Shown piece by piece: positions 27,818 through 37,525 of a DNA stretch of 64,000 nt. Position numbers and translations under genes: made by a program. Numbering within the stretch: position 1 is the first letter of the stretch; each line of letters starts with the position of its first letter. Under the pieces are notes generated by a model. It did not search any database, was not told the DNA's origin, and saw only the letters and a program-made list of their open reading frames with translations. This DNA is from a bacterium (GTDB lineage Bacteria; Patescibacteriota; Minisyncoccia; Phycocordibacterales; UBA6899), in NCBI GenBank assembly GCA_043756865.1, contig JAYUQG010000005.1, forward strand, positions 40,614-104,613. Direction: 5' to 3'.

Positions 27818-28381
27818 TCACGTCAAAGCAATGATGGTGTCGTCATCGTGGTTCGTTTCGGCCATGAGCGTCATACGCTGGATCTGTTCCAGCTGTGCCA
27901 GATGAACACTTGCAGAACGTTTTTTTGGCGTTTTGTAAACAGTCAATTCCGAAGTGTCTCTTTCGACGCAGTCGCCATCGACCACAAAACGGAGAAAATG
28001 AGCAACATAACCTACGTCGGTTCCGGCAGACTCAATGCGTCGTATCGCGTCACCAACGTTCTCGCGAAACTCCCCTTGCTGAAGGGACAGGATTCTTTCA
28101 ATAAACTTTCTTTCCCTTGGAAGGCCAGCGTGACCGACTGCGCCAAGAAGGACACCCTGTCGGCTAAAAAGCAAGAACTTCTCGAGATTGATATATCCAA
28201 AAATTCCTTTCTGCACCAACCCAAAAATCAGATCTGCGGTGCTCCATGGGGTAATTCCCTTTTGAGCGATCTCGAGGTCGAGCCTTTCGATGCCGATGTC
28301 TCGCGGCTTTTCAGCTGCAAAGTGTGCACCAAGCCACGGCAATTCTTTGAGAATCAGCGCTGAGTTGAGAGAGTTTGACAT
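27818..28381 (-). CDS. hypothetical protein (187 aa)
   Basis: AAGGAA Shine-Dalgarno; protein-like composition; no family recognised. Confidence 0.4.
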   Translation of the reverse strand: MSNSLNSALILKELPWLGAHFAAEKPRDIGIERLDLEIAQKGITPWSTADLIFGLVQKGIFGYINLEKFLLFSRQGVLLGAVGHAGLPRERKFIERILSLQQGEFRENVGDAIRRIESAGTDVGYVAHFLRFVVDGDCVERDTSELTVYKTPKKRSASVHLAQLEQIQRMTLMAETNHDDDTIIALT

Positions 28382-28535
28382 TTCGATTCCTTAGTAACAG
28401 TTCGACAAAAAGCATCCCGCTTTCTGCCTCAACCGACCTTGCATCCCGCTCAGTCGGACCTGATTGTGGCGAACACAACCAAATTTATAATACATAATAA
28501 ATACAATTTGTCAAGTACGGTATTCGTTTTGTAAC

Positions 28536-28563
28536 AAATAACCACCCAAGTGGGTGGTTATTT
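28536..28563. terminator. bidirectional terminator downstream of rpsA (aaataaccaccc-aagt-gggtggttattt)
   Basis: 12-bp stem with an A/T extension. Confidence 0.55.
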
Positions 28564-28585
28564 GTAGCAGAGTACACTTGTACTA

Positions 28586-29731
28586 TTACGCCTTTTTTTC
28601 AATTGGCGTACCAAATGAAAGTGTCATGCGCTGATCCTTTGGCTCAAAGAGCGTAATGGAGAACGGATAGACCTTGCCGAGCTCGAGCGCGGTGCGGAGC
28701 TTCTCCTCGGTGCCAAACTCTGACACGTGGACAAGACCTGCAACGCCCTCCTCGATAGATGCGAGTGCGCCGTACTTGTTGAACTTGATGATAACGCCTT
28801 TCACGGAGTCACCCTTCTTGTACTTCTTCTCAGCACCCTTCCATGGGTTCTCCTTTAGTACCTTCACCGAAAGCGACACCTTGTTATCCTTGATTTCAAT
28901 AATTTGTGCCTTCACGCGCTCACCAATCTTGAAGAGTTTACGTGGATCGTCAACGAGTCCCCAGTCCATTTCAGAGATATGAATGAGTCCCTCGAGACCT
29001 TCTTCAATCTTCATGAATGCGCCGAAGTCCACGATGCCTGTGATGTCGCCTTCGACAATCGAGCCCATGCGATACTTCGCGACAATTTCCTCCTTCTCTT
29101 TCTGGTTGTGCTCTTTCTCAGAGAAAATAAGTTTGCCCTCTTTTGGAACTGCAGTAATCATGACGACCTGAAGCTTTACTCCAACGAGGCGTTTTAGTTC
29201 TTCAAGAATCTTGTCTTTGTCACCGTCTTCAACGCGAGGATAGTGGTCGCCTGAAAGCTGTGATGCGGGAAGAAACCCCGAGATGCCCTGCCAATCAAGA
29301 ATGAGTCCACCCTTGTTTGCGTCTTTGACAGGAAGATCAAGAATTGTCTTCTTCTTTACATATTCTTCTGCTTCGCCCCAGATAAGGGACTGGCGAGCCT
29401 CCTTGAGTGAGAGTTCGACGTAACCGTCATCATTCTCGCTCTCGACTACCTTTGCGGTAATCACATCTCCCACATTCATGTGCTTGATGAGATCGCGCGC
29501 GTTCATGTACTCGCGTCCGTAAATGATGCCGACACCAAAAGGAGGCATGTTTACAAACACGGCCTTCTTGTCGACTTTGAGCACTGGTCCTTCGACGATT
29601 TCTCCGGGGTCAGGACGCTTTACTATTTCCGTCATGAACTTCGCCATCACGTGATCTGGAGAGGGGATATTCTCCGCTCCAACAATGATGACCTCTTCTT
29701 CTTCTGCTGTATCTACTGTTGCTGTAGCCAT
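28586..29731 (-). CDS. rpsA: 30S ribosomal protein S1 (four S1 domains)
   Basis: Repeated S1-domain cores (GDVITAKV..., GSIVEGDITGIVDFGAFMKI..., GDSVKGVIIKFNKYGALASI...). Confidence 0.85.
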   Translation of the reverse strand: MATATVDTAEEEEVIIVGAENIPSPDHVMAKFMTEIVKRPDPGEIVEGPVLKVDKKAVFVNMPPFGVGIIYGREYMNARDLIKHMNVGDVITAKVVESENDDGYVELSLKEARQSLIWGEAEEYVKKKTILDLPVKDANKGGLILDWQGISGFLPASQLSGDHYPRVEDGDKDKILEELKRLVGVKLQVVMITAVPKEGKLIFSEKEHNQKEKEEIVAKYRMGSIVEGDITGIVDFGAFMKIEEGLEGLIHISEMDWGLVDDPRKLFKIGERVKAQIIEIKDNKVSLSVKVLKENPWKGAEKKYKKGDSVKGVIIKFNKYGALASIEEGVAGLVHVSEFGTEEKLRTALELGKVYPFSITLFEPKDQRMTLSFGTPIEKKA

Positions 29732-29898
29732 ATAAAAAATCTGCACTAGGCAGACACTGAATGTTCTACCAGAGAGGGGCCGCATTGAACCTGTGTTCTC
29801 CTCGGGTTAACCCTGACGGTGCTATTAATATTCAGTTGTGTGTAGACACTAACAAATGAAGCATATATTAGCAAGAGAAATCTGAGCAAATACCGGCA

Positions 29899-29936
29899 GT
29901 GTAAAAGTGAACCCCCACGTCTTAGGTGGGGGGATC
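29899..29936 (-). terminator. intrinsic terminator on the minus strand (cccccac-ctaagac-gtggggg + TTCACTTTTAC)
   Basis: Hairpin plus T-rich tail; same tail as the terminator at 30350. Confidence 0.5.
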
Positions 29937-30349
29937 AGGCGATGCAGTCGAAACTAATGCGGGTCCGTGTGGTTAACGGGGATGCCACTCTTTTGACTAC
30001 ATCGGCCGCCGGCGGCCGATCAGGTGTAGAGTTTTTTGTTGGCCATCAGGCCGAAAGTGTTGGTCTGTTTCATCAGTGATTGTCTCCTTCAGGAACACGC
30101 AGTGAACGACTCACTGTGAATACATTATACACGTTTCTTTAATATTGTCAATAAATTTAATTATTTTAGCTCAACCCTTTTCTCTTTCCATAAACTGAAA
30201 TTAAAATTTCCAACTCGTAAAACTATGTCAAGGTTTAACCTTGACATAGTTTACTGTAATAAAATGGCTTAAAATATGCATGTCCTTTATGTGTTATCTC
30301 GTGTCCTTAACAAATGTCCTTTAAAATTAAAGATTATTTTAAAAATGTT

Positions 30350-30390
30350 TTAATAAAAGGTAAAAGTGAAGCCCCGCTTTTGGCGGGGCT
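30350..30390 (-). terminator. intrinsic terminator on the minus strand (agccccgc-caaaa-gcggggct + TTCACTTTTACC)
   Basis: GC hairpin plus T-tract, present on the minus strand only. Confidence 0.6.
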
Positions 30391-30705
30391 GGTAAAAAGT
30401 TATACGCGAGGTTCATTTCGTCGGACTACGAATGGAATGCATTCGACTCCTTTCATCCCCGTTGGCCGTGGGGTAGTTGTGCGGTTGGAGCAAGGCGACG
30501 CTCCGTACCGTGGTTCAGTCGCCGAGCTGGCGACGCGCGCAGGTGCAAGTGCCGATTCCCGTGTGCCGGGCCGCTAGCATGATATGCCTCGTGGCAGAAA
30601 CTCCGCAGGCAAGCCGAATCGCGATTTTGCTCGCGGGGGCATTTCAGGCGGGACCGGTCCCCGCCAAACCCCAGGGGACGCACTACGCACCTCCCGAATT
30701 CCTCT
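30391..30705 (-). ncRNA. GC-rich structured RNA of unassigned class (~315 nt)
   Basis: GC content clearly above the neighbours; only Arg-rich junk ORFs on both strands; near-consensus promoter upstream and terminator downstream on the minus strand; several stable hairpins. Confidence 0.45.
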
Positions 30706-30708
30706 AAG

Positions 30709-30737
30709 AGTGTAGCACTATTTGTGAAACGTGTCAA
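30709..30737 (-). promoter_or_regulatory. sigma70-like promoter TTGACA-N17-TACACT driving the ncRNA
   Basis: Read on the minus strand: ATTGACAcgtttcacaaatagtgcTACACTcttAG. Confidence 0.5.
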
Positions 30738-30835
30738 TAGTTTATCAGTGAGTGTAATTTGTTCAATAAAAAGTACTTATTTTTCAACACATTTTTAGCT
30801 TTTGTTTTTTGAGTGAAATTGCTATACTTTGCCCC

Positions 30836-31477
30836 ATGATTATCACGTACCACGGCGGACAGTTCATCAAAATTTCACAAGGTGATACGGTCATCGCCGC
30901 AAACCCTTTTGGAAAGCAGTCTGCATTTAAGCCTATTCGCTTCGGTGCGCGCATTGGACTTGTTTCGATGAATCATCCTGATATGAATGGTGTGGAGAAC
31001 CTTTCACATGGAGAGAAAGTCCCTTTTGTTATTTCAGGCCCAGGAGAATACGAGATTGGTGGTATCACGGTATCGGGTTTTCTTTCACCAAAGCCTGTTG
31101 GTAAAGATGGCATGTTGAATACGCTCTACACCATTGAACTTGAAGGCATCCGACTTTGCTTGCTAGGTGCGCTGCCCTCCGTTGAACTTTCGAGTGAACT
31201 GCTCGAAGGAATCGGTGAGGTCGACATTCTTATCGTTCCGGTCACCGGCGGTGATGTGCTTACTCCCGCTGATGCGGGGAAAATTGCAGTGACGCTTGAT
31301 GCAAAGTTAGTGATTCCTGTTGGTCACACCGGCACTTCTGACAATCAGCTTAAGGCATTCTTGAAAGAGGCGGGAGCAGAAGACGCGAAGGAGCTCGACA
31401 AATTTACTCTGAAGAAAAAAGATCTTGAAGGAAAAGAGGGTGATGTCGTATTGCTCGAAGCACTTTCACACGCTTAA
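30836..31477 (+). CDS. MBL-fold metal-dependent hydrolase (UPF0173-like)
   Basis: N-terminus MIITYHGGQFIKI...IAANPF typical of small MBL-fold hydrolases. Confidence 0.55.
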   Translation: MIITYHGGQFIKISQGDTVIAANPFGKQSAFKPIRFGARIGLVSMNHPDMNGVENLSHGEKVPFVISGPGEYEIGGITVSGFLSPKPVGKDGMLNTLYTIELEGIRLCLLGALPSVELSSELLEGIGEVDILIVPVTGGDVLTPADAGKIAVTLDAKLVIPVGHTGTSDNQLKAFLKEAGAEDAKELDKFTLKKKDLEGKEGDVVLLEALSHA

Positions 31478-31487
31478 TGCATTTATT

Positions 31488-31865
31488 ATGAAGTTGCTTG
31501 ATTCCATTCGCAAAAAACCGGAACACATTCGCAAGCGTATGTTATTTGCATCGACCGGTATAATTTCTTTTATAATATTTACATTGTGGTGGAATACGTC
31601 GAGTCTTGCTGGAACTGGCCAAAAAGATTCACATACTATTGATAGGTCGCCGGTTTCTGCAATAGGTGCCATGTGGGGTGGAACGAAAAATGACATTGCG
31701 GGATCGTGGAATGAAATGGTAAACGAACTCGAATACAGTGCAAGTCAGAATGGCACATCGTCAAACACCACTGACGCAGATCCGAATGCAGTGGTGTATC
31801 CTGAAGATGTTTTTAAAGATAGGGTATATGCAACGACGACTGACCAAGCGACTACTACACCATAA
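31488..31865 (+). CDS. hypothetical membrane-anchored protein
   Basis: N-terminal TM; Ser/Thr-rich tail. Confidence 0.35.
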   Translation: MKLLDSIRKKPEHIRKRMLFASTGIISFIIFTLWWNTSSLAGTGQKDSHTIDRSPVSAIGAMWGGTKNDIAGSWNEMVNELEYSASQNGTSSNTTDADPNAVVYPEDVFKDRVYATTTDQATTTP

Positions 31866-31876
31866 ACTGAACAACA

Positions 31877-34354
31877 ATGAGCAAAGACAAATCAAAAAAA
31901 GACGAAATGGCGGTGGTGGCAGTGCGCCATGATGGGGTCGTGCCTATCAACATCGTGACCGAAATGCGCGAGTCCTATCTCGATTACGCAATGTCCGTTA
32001 TTGTATCGCGCGCACTTCCTGATGTACGCGATGGATTAAAGCCTGTGCATCGACGCATTCTCTACGCGATGCAGGAAATGGGACTTACTTCCTCTGCGCG
32101 TTTCAAAAAATCAGCAACGGTAGTTGGTGCGGTACTGGGCTCGTATCATCCACACGGTGACTCTTCTGTTTATGATGCAATGGTGAAGATGACACAGCTG
32201 TTCTCAATGCGCTATCCGCTCGTCTTGGGTCAAGGAAACTTCGGTTCTATCGATGGAGACGCCGCTGCTGCATACCGTTACACCGAAGCGAAAATGTCGC
32301 GCATTGCGGGCGAGGTGTTGCGTGACCTCGACAAGAACACCGTTGATTTTAGGCCAAACTATGATGGTTCAAAAAAGGAACCTGTTGTCATGCCCTCGGT
32401 CGTTCCTAATCTGCTCTTAAACGGCACACTGGGTATCGCGGTCGGTATGGCGACAAACATTCCTCCGCACAACTTGGGCGAGGTTGTCGATGCTCTCGTA
32501 CACCTCATAGACACACCCGAGGCAACCGGCGAAGACTTGCTTGAATTTATCAAAGGACCGGATTTTCCGACAGGAGGAATTGCCTATAATAAGGCTGATA
32601 TTCGCCATGCCTATGCTACGGGGCGCGGGGGTGTCGTTTGTCGTGGTGAGGCCGAAATTGTTGAACAAAAAGCAGGACAGACAGAAATTATCATCACTAG
32701 TCTGCCTTATCGCGTGAACAAGGCGGACTTGCTCACCAAGATTGCTGACCTTGTGCGCGAAAAGAAGCTCGAAGGAATCAAAGATCTTAGAGATGAATCA
32801 GCCAAAGGCGATATACGTATTGCCGTGTATTTGAAACAAGGTGTGCCTCCTCAGAAGGTCTTGAATTATCTCTACAAGCACACAGAGATTGAGACTACAT
32901 TTCACTATAATATGGTCGGGTTGGTCGACGGCGTACCACAGACGCTTTCGGTCAAGACGATTCTTGAAGAATTTATTAAACACCGCAAAGTGGTAGTGCG
33001 CCGCCGCACTGAGTTTGAACTCGCAAAAGCAAAGGCGCGCGAGCATATATTGCTCGGACTTAAAAAGGCGCTCGATCACATTGACGCAATCATCAAGACC
33101 ATCAAAGCGTCAAAAGACACCCCGACTGCACACGCAAATTTGATGAAGGAGTTTAAGTTCTCTGACCTACAGGCCGCCGCTATCCTGGAAATGAAGCTCC
33201 AGAAGCTTGCAGGACTGGAGCGCAAAAAGATTGAAGATGAGTTGAAGGCGCTACAACTGACCATCACGGAACTTGAAGCTATTCTTGGGAGCGCTAAGAA
33301 AATATTGGCCGTAATAAAGTCAGAAATGGCAGAAGTGCGCGCCAAGTATGGCGACGAGCGTCGCACAAAAATCATGAAGGGCGGTGTACAGACTATTTCT
33401 ATAGAGGATACTATCCCCGAGAGAGAGACTATTTTGGTCTTCTCTGATGGAGGGTACATCAAACGTACTGACCCGTCAGAGTATCGTATTCAAAAGCGCG
33501 GCGGAGTCGGCGTGCTCGACCTCGACACGAAGGAAGAGGACTTTGTAAAAATGTTTCTCACTACTTCGACACACGCGGACATCCTTTTCTTTTCGGACAA
33601 GGGTAAGGCGTATCAAATAAAAGCATACGAGCTACCCGAGGGACGTCGTGCAACAAAGGGGAAATCCATCATGAATTACCTGACTCTGGGAGGCGACGAA
33701 TCGGTCACCTCAATGCTCGCCATGCCCAAGGAGATGAAGGCGGCTGAAAAGACTTCACTCATGATGGTCACCGAGCGAGGTGTAGTCAAAAAAGTTGCCT
33801 CTGACGGTTTTCGTGATGTTCGTAGAAGTGGGCTCATTGCAATCAAGCTCCAACCGAAAGACCAGCTTCTCTCTGCACGATTTGTAGAGGGTGGCGACGA
33901 CATCTCGCTTGTCTCGGCAAGCGGGCAGTCCATACGCTTTAAGCATACGGACGTACGTGAAATGGGAAGAAACGCAGGTGGTGTGCGTGGTATGACACTA
34001 AAGGGGGCAGACAAGCTCGTTACTGCTGATGTGGTTAAGCACGTATATCAGGACCCACACTTAATGGTGATGGGTGAGCAGGGCTACGGAAAAATGACCA
34101 AGCTGGAAGAGTTTAAAATCCAAAAGCGTGGAGGTAGCGGTATTCGTGCAATGAATGTGACACCCAAAACTGGAAAGGTAATGACCGGACTTATTGTCGA
34201 TGGACGTGAGGGAGAAATAGTAGCTATTTCAAAGCAAAGTCAGGTAATTCGTGTAAACTTGAACGAAGTTCCAGTTTCTGGCCGTGCGACACAGGGGGTG
34301 CGAATTATGAAGCTCCGAGACGGGGACTCCATCGCTTCGCTCATAACACTGTAA
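31877..34354 (+). CDS. gyrA: DNA gyrase subunit A
   Basis: Active-site region [14 protein letters not shown]; C-terminal beta-pinwheel repeats. Confidence 0.9.
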   Translation: MSKDKSKKDEMAVVAVRHDGVVPINIVTEMRESYLDYAMSVIVSRALPDVRDGLKPVHRRILYAMQEMGLTSSARFKKSATVVGAVLGSYHPHGDSSVYDAMVKMTQLFSMRYPLVLGQGNFGSIDGDAAAAYRYTEAKMSRIAGEVLRDLDKNTVDFRPNYDGSKKEPVVMPSVVPNLLLNGTLGIAVGMATNIPPHNLGEVVDALVHLIDTPEATGEDLLEFIKGPDFPTGGIAYNKADIRHAYATGRGGVVCRGEAEIVEQKAGQTEIIITSLPYRVNKADLLTKIADLVREKKLEGIKDLRDESAKGDIRIAVYLKQGVPPQKVLNYLYKHTEIETTFHYNMVGLVDGVPQTLSVKTILEEFIKHRKVVVRRRTEFELAKAKAREHILLGLKKALDHIDAIIKTIKASKDTPTAHANLMKEFKFSDLQAAAILEMKLQKLAGLERKKIEDELKALQLTITELEAILGSAKKILAVIKSEMAEVRAKYGDERRTKIMKGGVQTISIEDTIPERETILVFSDGGYIKRTDPSEYRIQKRGGVGVLDLDTKEEDFVKMFLTTSTHADILFFSDKGKAYQIKAYELPEGRRATKGKSIMNYLTLGGDESVTSMLAMPKEMKAAEKTSLMMVTERGVVKKVASDGFRDVRRSGLIAIKLQPKDQLLSARFVEGGDDISLVSASGQSIRFKHTDVREMGRNAGGVRGMTLKGADKLVTADVVKHVYQDPHLMVMGEQGYGKMTKLEEFKIQKRGGSGIRAMNVTPKTGKVMTGLIVDGREGEIVAISKQSQVIRVNLNEVPVSGRATQGVRIMKLRDGDSIASLITL

Positions 34355-34577
34355 GCAGGCGTACAAAACCCACACATTCAGCGCATTGCTTTGTTAAAAT
34401 AAAAATATGCGCTTTACCTTACTCAGAGTAAGGCTCGCTTACATATTTTCATTTTGCCTCGCACTGCATCTGAATCTGCGAGTTGAGCAATTTAACGCGT
34501 TATAAATTCTTATTCATCGAACATCATCCCAACTAACACTCACGAGATGGTTTGGGAATTAAAGTCAGAATACAAAT

Positions 34578-34613
34578 GAAAAGACCCGCAGGAGGTCTTT
34601 TCTCCATGCGGGT
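34578..34613. terminator. bidirectional terminator between gyrA and the convergent gene
   Basis: aaaagacccgca-ggaggtcttttctcca-tgcgggtc. Confidence 0.5.
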
Positions 34614-34624
34614 CTGGTGCGACC

Positions 34625-35026
34625 TCAGTTTGTGCTGGGGTCGTAGGGTGTGATTGGCGAACCCAACCGGAAGTTGCAGGTCAGGCTTGAGTAGCTGAGC
34701 ACCTCGCGTCCCGTGATTTCCCGCAGAGCAGCCACAGGGTTGGGAAGGCCGCGGATGTGCCCCTTGTTTTCGCCGAAGAAAATCATCACGGCGGTACGCT
34801 TCGGGGGCATAAATCGCTGATCCCATTCGTCGTCATTGCCGTACAGGGAACGCTGGCCAAAGATGTCGTAGATGACAATCGCGGGATTGCCACCGTTTTT
34901 GACTGTCGCATGTTGCTCGCGGACATCCACCATGTGGTAGCCCTTTGCACGAAGGCGTTCGCACAGTCTCGCGTCCGTGTTGGAGGCGTTGTAAACAAAC
35001 ATTGGTCGGAACATTGAGTTCTCCAT
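34625..35026 (-). CDS. hypothetical protein (133 aa)
   Basis: ORF with a terminator at its 3' end; no family recognised. Confidence 0.35.
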   Translation of the reverse strand: MENSMFRPMFVYNASNTDARLCERLRAKGYHMVDVREQHATVKNGGNPAIVIYDIFGQRSLYGNDDEWDQRFMPPKRTAVMIFFGENKGHIRGLPNPVAALREITGREVLSYSSLTCNFRLGSPITPYDPSTN

Positions 35027-35266
35027 TCTGATATTGCTTCCCCAACATCAGAGTAATCAAATAAGCGGGAAGGCTCTAAGCCATACATAATATATCATAT
35101 ATTTTATAAAAAGTCAATACTTCTTAATATCTAGTGATTGCGTACATTTTCCTGCATCGAACTACTTAAAAGACCTCACAGGCAAGCAATTGTAAAGTGG
35201 CAGGCGTTTTATATTACGTAGATTTTACAAGGTGTATGAGACGTAGTTACGCTATATACTATAAAA

Positions 35267-35662
35267 GTGAAGGAAATGAAGATTACGCGAGCAGAGTGGA
35301 GATGGGTGGGTGTATTTAGCGCTATCCTAAGTGTTTTGCTACTAGCCCCCTACTTTCTCGGTCAGTTGCTTGTAGGAGGGGGAGAAGTGTTTCTCGGCTC
35401 GCCGCTTGTCGGACCTGCAGATTACTACAGCTACCTCGCATGGATAACCCAAGCTCGTGAGGGTGAAATTCTGTTTTACAATTATTCTGCCTCTCCTCAG
35501 CTTTCTTCGACAGGCGCACTTTTCCATCCCATTTTTCTCGTACTTGGAGTTATTGCGAAATACACCGCCCTTTCTCCAATGACCCTTTATCATGGTGCCA
35601 CTGGGGTATTTGGCTTTTTGTGGGTTTTTGTATGCTATCGTTTTTTTTGCAGAGCTCAGTGA
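35267..35662 (+). CDS. N-terminal part of a polytopic membrane protein (possible ArnT/PMT-like glycosyltransferase), apparently interrupted by a frameshift
   Basis: Overlaps the next ORF by 71 nt in another frame; T8 homopolymer at ~35636-35645. Confidence 0.4.
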   Translation: MKEMKITRAEWRWVGVFSAILSVLLLAPYFLGQLLVGGGEVFLGSPLVGPADYYSYLAWITQAREGEILFYNYSASPQLSSTGALFHPIFLVLGVIAKYTALSPMTLYHGATGVFGFLWVFVCYRFFCRAQ

Positions 35663-36890
35663 GTCGGTACTATTTAGACGTGTAGCAACATTTTTGACCG
35701 TGTTCGGCAGCGGTATTGGCGCCGTAATCTTAGCTGCACCGAGTAAATTTAATTACCCTGACTACTCGATGTTTGTACGTCTGCAAGATTGCCTGCTAGG
35801 CAGTATTGATACTATATTGGCACTCACTATTTTTCTACTTGTGCTCCATAGGTCACAGCGCTCACCTATTCGGGAGGGGGTTCTCATTGGGCTGATACTA
35901 GGCTTCCTGCTTATAGTTCACCCGTACGCGGTTATTGTTATCTATGGAACATTGCTGATATTTGCACTATGGGAGTTTGGTAAAGAAAATCGCATTGCCG
36001 TATTCGATTTTTATCTCATTGCCCTTGCCGTTTCACTACCCGCGGCCTTATTCCAATCCTACTCACTCGGCGCAGACCCGTCTTTTTCTTTGTGGTTTTT
36101 CCACGGAATGTTAACTGAACGTTATTTGTTGGGCGAGTATCTTTTGGGGTTTGGATTACTTGTTCCTCTTGCTTTTTTGGGCTTTTACTTGGTTATCAAG
36201 GATAAACATATATCTAAAAGCACCGCACTACTCATTATTTGGACATTCATGATGCTTGTTGGGGTATTTCAGGAAATATTTCCCTCAATCGCTCGCCGAC
36301 TTGGCGAGACATTGATTATTCCCATCGCGTACTTTGCATCTATTCCACTTATGCAGTTGATATCAGGAAGCAGGGCAAAGCAATTGCTTGCCGTGTCGAT
36401 GTTCATCATAACCATGTTGGGTAGTGTGTTGTATTACATTACATATACGAGAACCTATGCTGAAGCTGTCTTTCGCACTCAGGAAATGAGGGAAACCCCA
36501 AATGATAAGGTGCAGTATCAGGTTTTGTCAGTACCCCAAAAAGAAGCCCTGTCATGGCTAAATTTGCATGCGGGTCCAAGCGATGTGATTCTTTCTGGAG
36601 GCACTATGGGGGGTGTTATTCCTGCATATGTGAATACTCGCGTGATTTTTGGACACCCATCATTAATGCCCGAATTGACCTCAATGCCCCTAATTGTTCC
36701 CCGAATAATGAATAATATCGCCACTTCCTCAAGGGCATGGAATAGATTTCTGACTCAAGTGACCTACGTCGTGTATGACGATGAGTTGCGTGCACTAACG
36801 TATCCTGTAAATGAAGGTAGTTGCCTACGGTTAGTATTTACAAACTCGGATATTTCAATTTATGAAGTGAACCTGAACGCCTGCGAGTAG
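35592..36890 (+). CDS. C-terminal part of the same polytopic membrane protein (about 10 TM plus C-terminal soluble domain)
   Basis: Continuous hydrophobic protein; see the frameshift finding. Confidence 0.45.
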   Translation: MVPLGYLAFCGFLYAIVFFAELSESVLFRRVATFLTVFGSGIGAVILAAPSKFNYPDYSMFVRLQDCLLGSIDTILALTIFLLVLHRSQRSPIREGVLIGLILGFLLIVHPYAVIVIYGTLLIFALWEFGKENRIAVFDFYLIALAVSLPAALFQSYSLGADPSFSLWFFHGMLTERYLLGEYLLGFGLLVPLAFLGFYLVIKDKHISKSTALLIIWTFMMLVGVFQEIFPSIARRLGETLIIPIAYFASIPLMQLISGSRAKQLLAVSMFIITMLGSVLYYITYTRTYAEAVFRTQEMRETPNDKVQYQVLSVPQKEALSWLNLHAGPSDVILSGGTMGGVIPAYVNTRVIFGHPSLMPELTSMPLIVPRIMNNIATSSRAWNRFLTQVTYVVYDDELRALTYPVNEGSCLRLVFTNSDISIYEVNLNACE

Positions 36891-36967
36891 CAACTCATTG
36901 TGGGGAAGTAGGGAATATGGGGATTGCGTGCTTTCCGCTACACTCTACAAAATGCTATAATATCAGC

Positions 36968-37525
36968 ATGTTTTCTGCACCTGAGAAGAATGTAGAGCAA
37001 TTGGAGCTCGAAGCAAACCAAATCGTTGCTGATTTTGGTGCGGGTTCTGGTGCTTACACCATTGCCGCGGCAAAAATACTGAATGGTACTGGAAAGGTCT
37101 ACGCCATTGATGTGCAGCAAGATTTGCTCACCCGACTCGAGAATACCTGTACGGAACAACATCTTGGCAATGTGGCATATATATGGGGAAATCTCGAGAA
37201 GCTAGGGGGCACGAAAATGCGTGACCAATCCTGCGACGCAGTCATTGTTTCGAACATCCTGTTTCAGGCACCGGACAAAAAAACAATCATAGAGGAAGCA
37301 AGGCGCATACTCCGTCAAGGCGGTAAACTTATGATTATCGATTGGACAGCATCCTTTAACAGCATGGGTCCCACAAAGGAACAGGTATTCCCAGAGCATG
37401 ACGCACGCCTCCTCGTCGAAGAGTCTAATTTTTCTTTTGCGAAAGCAATTAATGCAGGAAACTTTCACTATGGACTACTTTTCAGAAAGGGGATTTACCA
37501 GCCGCCCGCTATTCCAAGAGCATAA
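36968..37525 (+). CDS. class I SAM-dependent methyltransferase
   Basis: Motif I VADFGAGSGAYT. Confidence 0.65.
   Translation: MFSAPEKNVEQLELEANQIVADFGAGSGAYTIAAAKILNGTGKVYAIDVQQDLLTRLENTCTEQHLGNVAYIWGNLEKLGGTKMRDQSCDAVIVSNILFQAPDKKTIIEEARRILRQGGKLMIIDWTASFNSMGPTKEQVFPEHDARLLVEESNFSFAKAINAGNFHYGLLFRKGIYQPPAIPRA

Noticed and set aside
27815-28363. Plus-strand ORF of 182 aa opposite the 27818-28381 minus gene
   Set aside because: The minus frame has an AAGGAA Shine-Dalgarno and better amino-acid composition; the plus frame is Cys/Arg-rich and lacks an RBS.
30391-30705. Assigning the GC-rich RNA to RNase P RNA, tmRNA, SRP RNA or a cobalamin riboswitch
   Set aside because: Hallmark blocks are absent or only weakly resembled: P4 strands GGAAAGTCCGGGC and ACAGAA-CCGGCTTA; the tmRNA GGGGCTG 5' end, tRNA-like 3' end and a tag ORF ending in Ala-Ala-stop; the SRP GGAAGGAAGCAGC; the B12 box. 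I left the class unassigned rather than guess.
30314-30737. ORF-track proteins 30314..30577 (+, 87 aa) and 30453..30737 (-, 94 aa)
   Set aside because: Arg/Ala/Gly-rich low-complexity translations of a GC-rich segment; no RBS. The region is better explained as a structured RNA with its own promoter and terminator.
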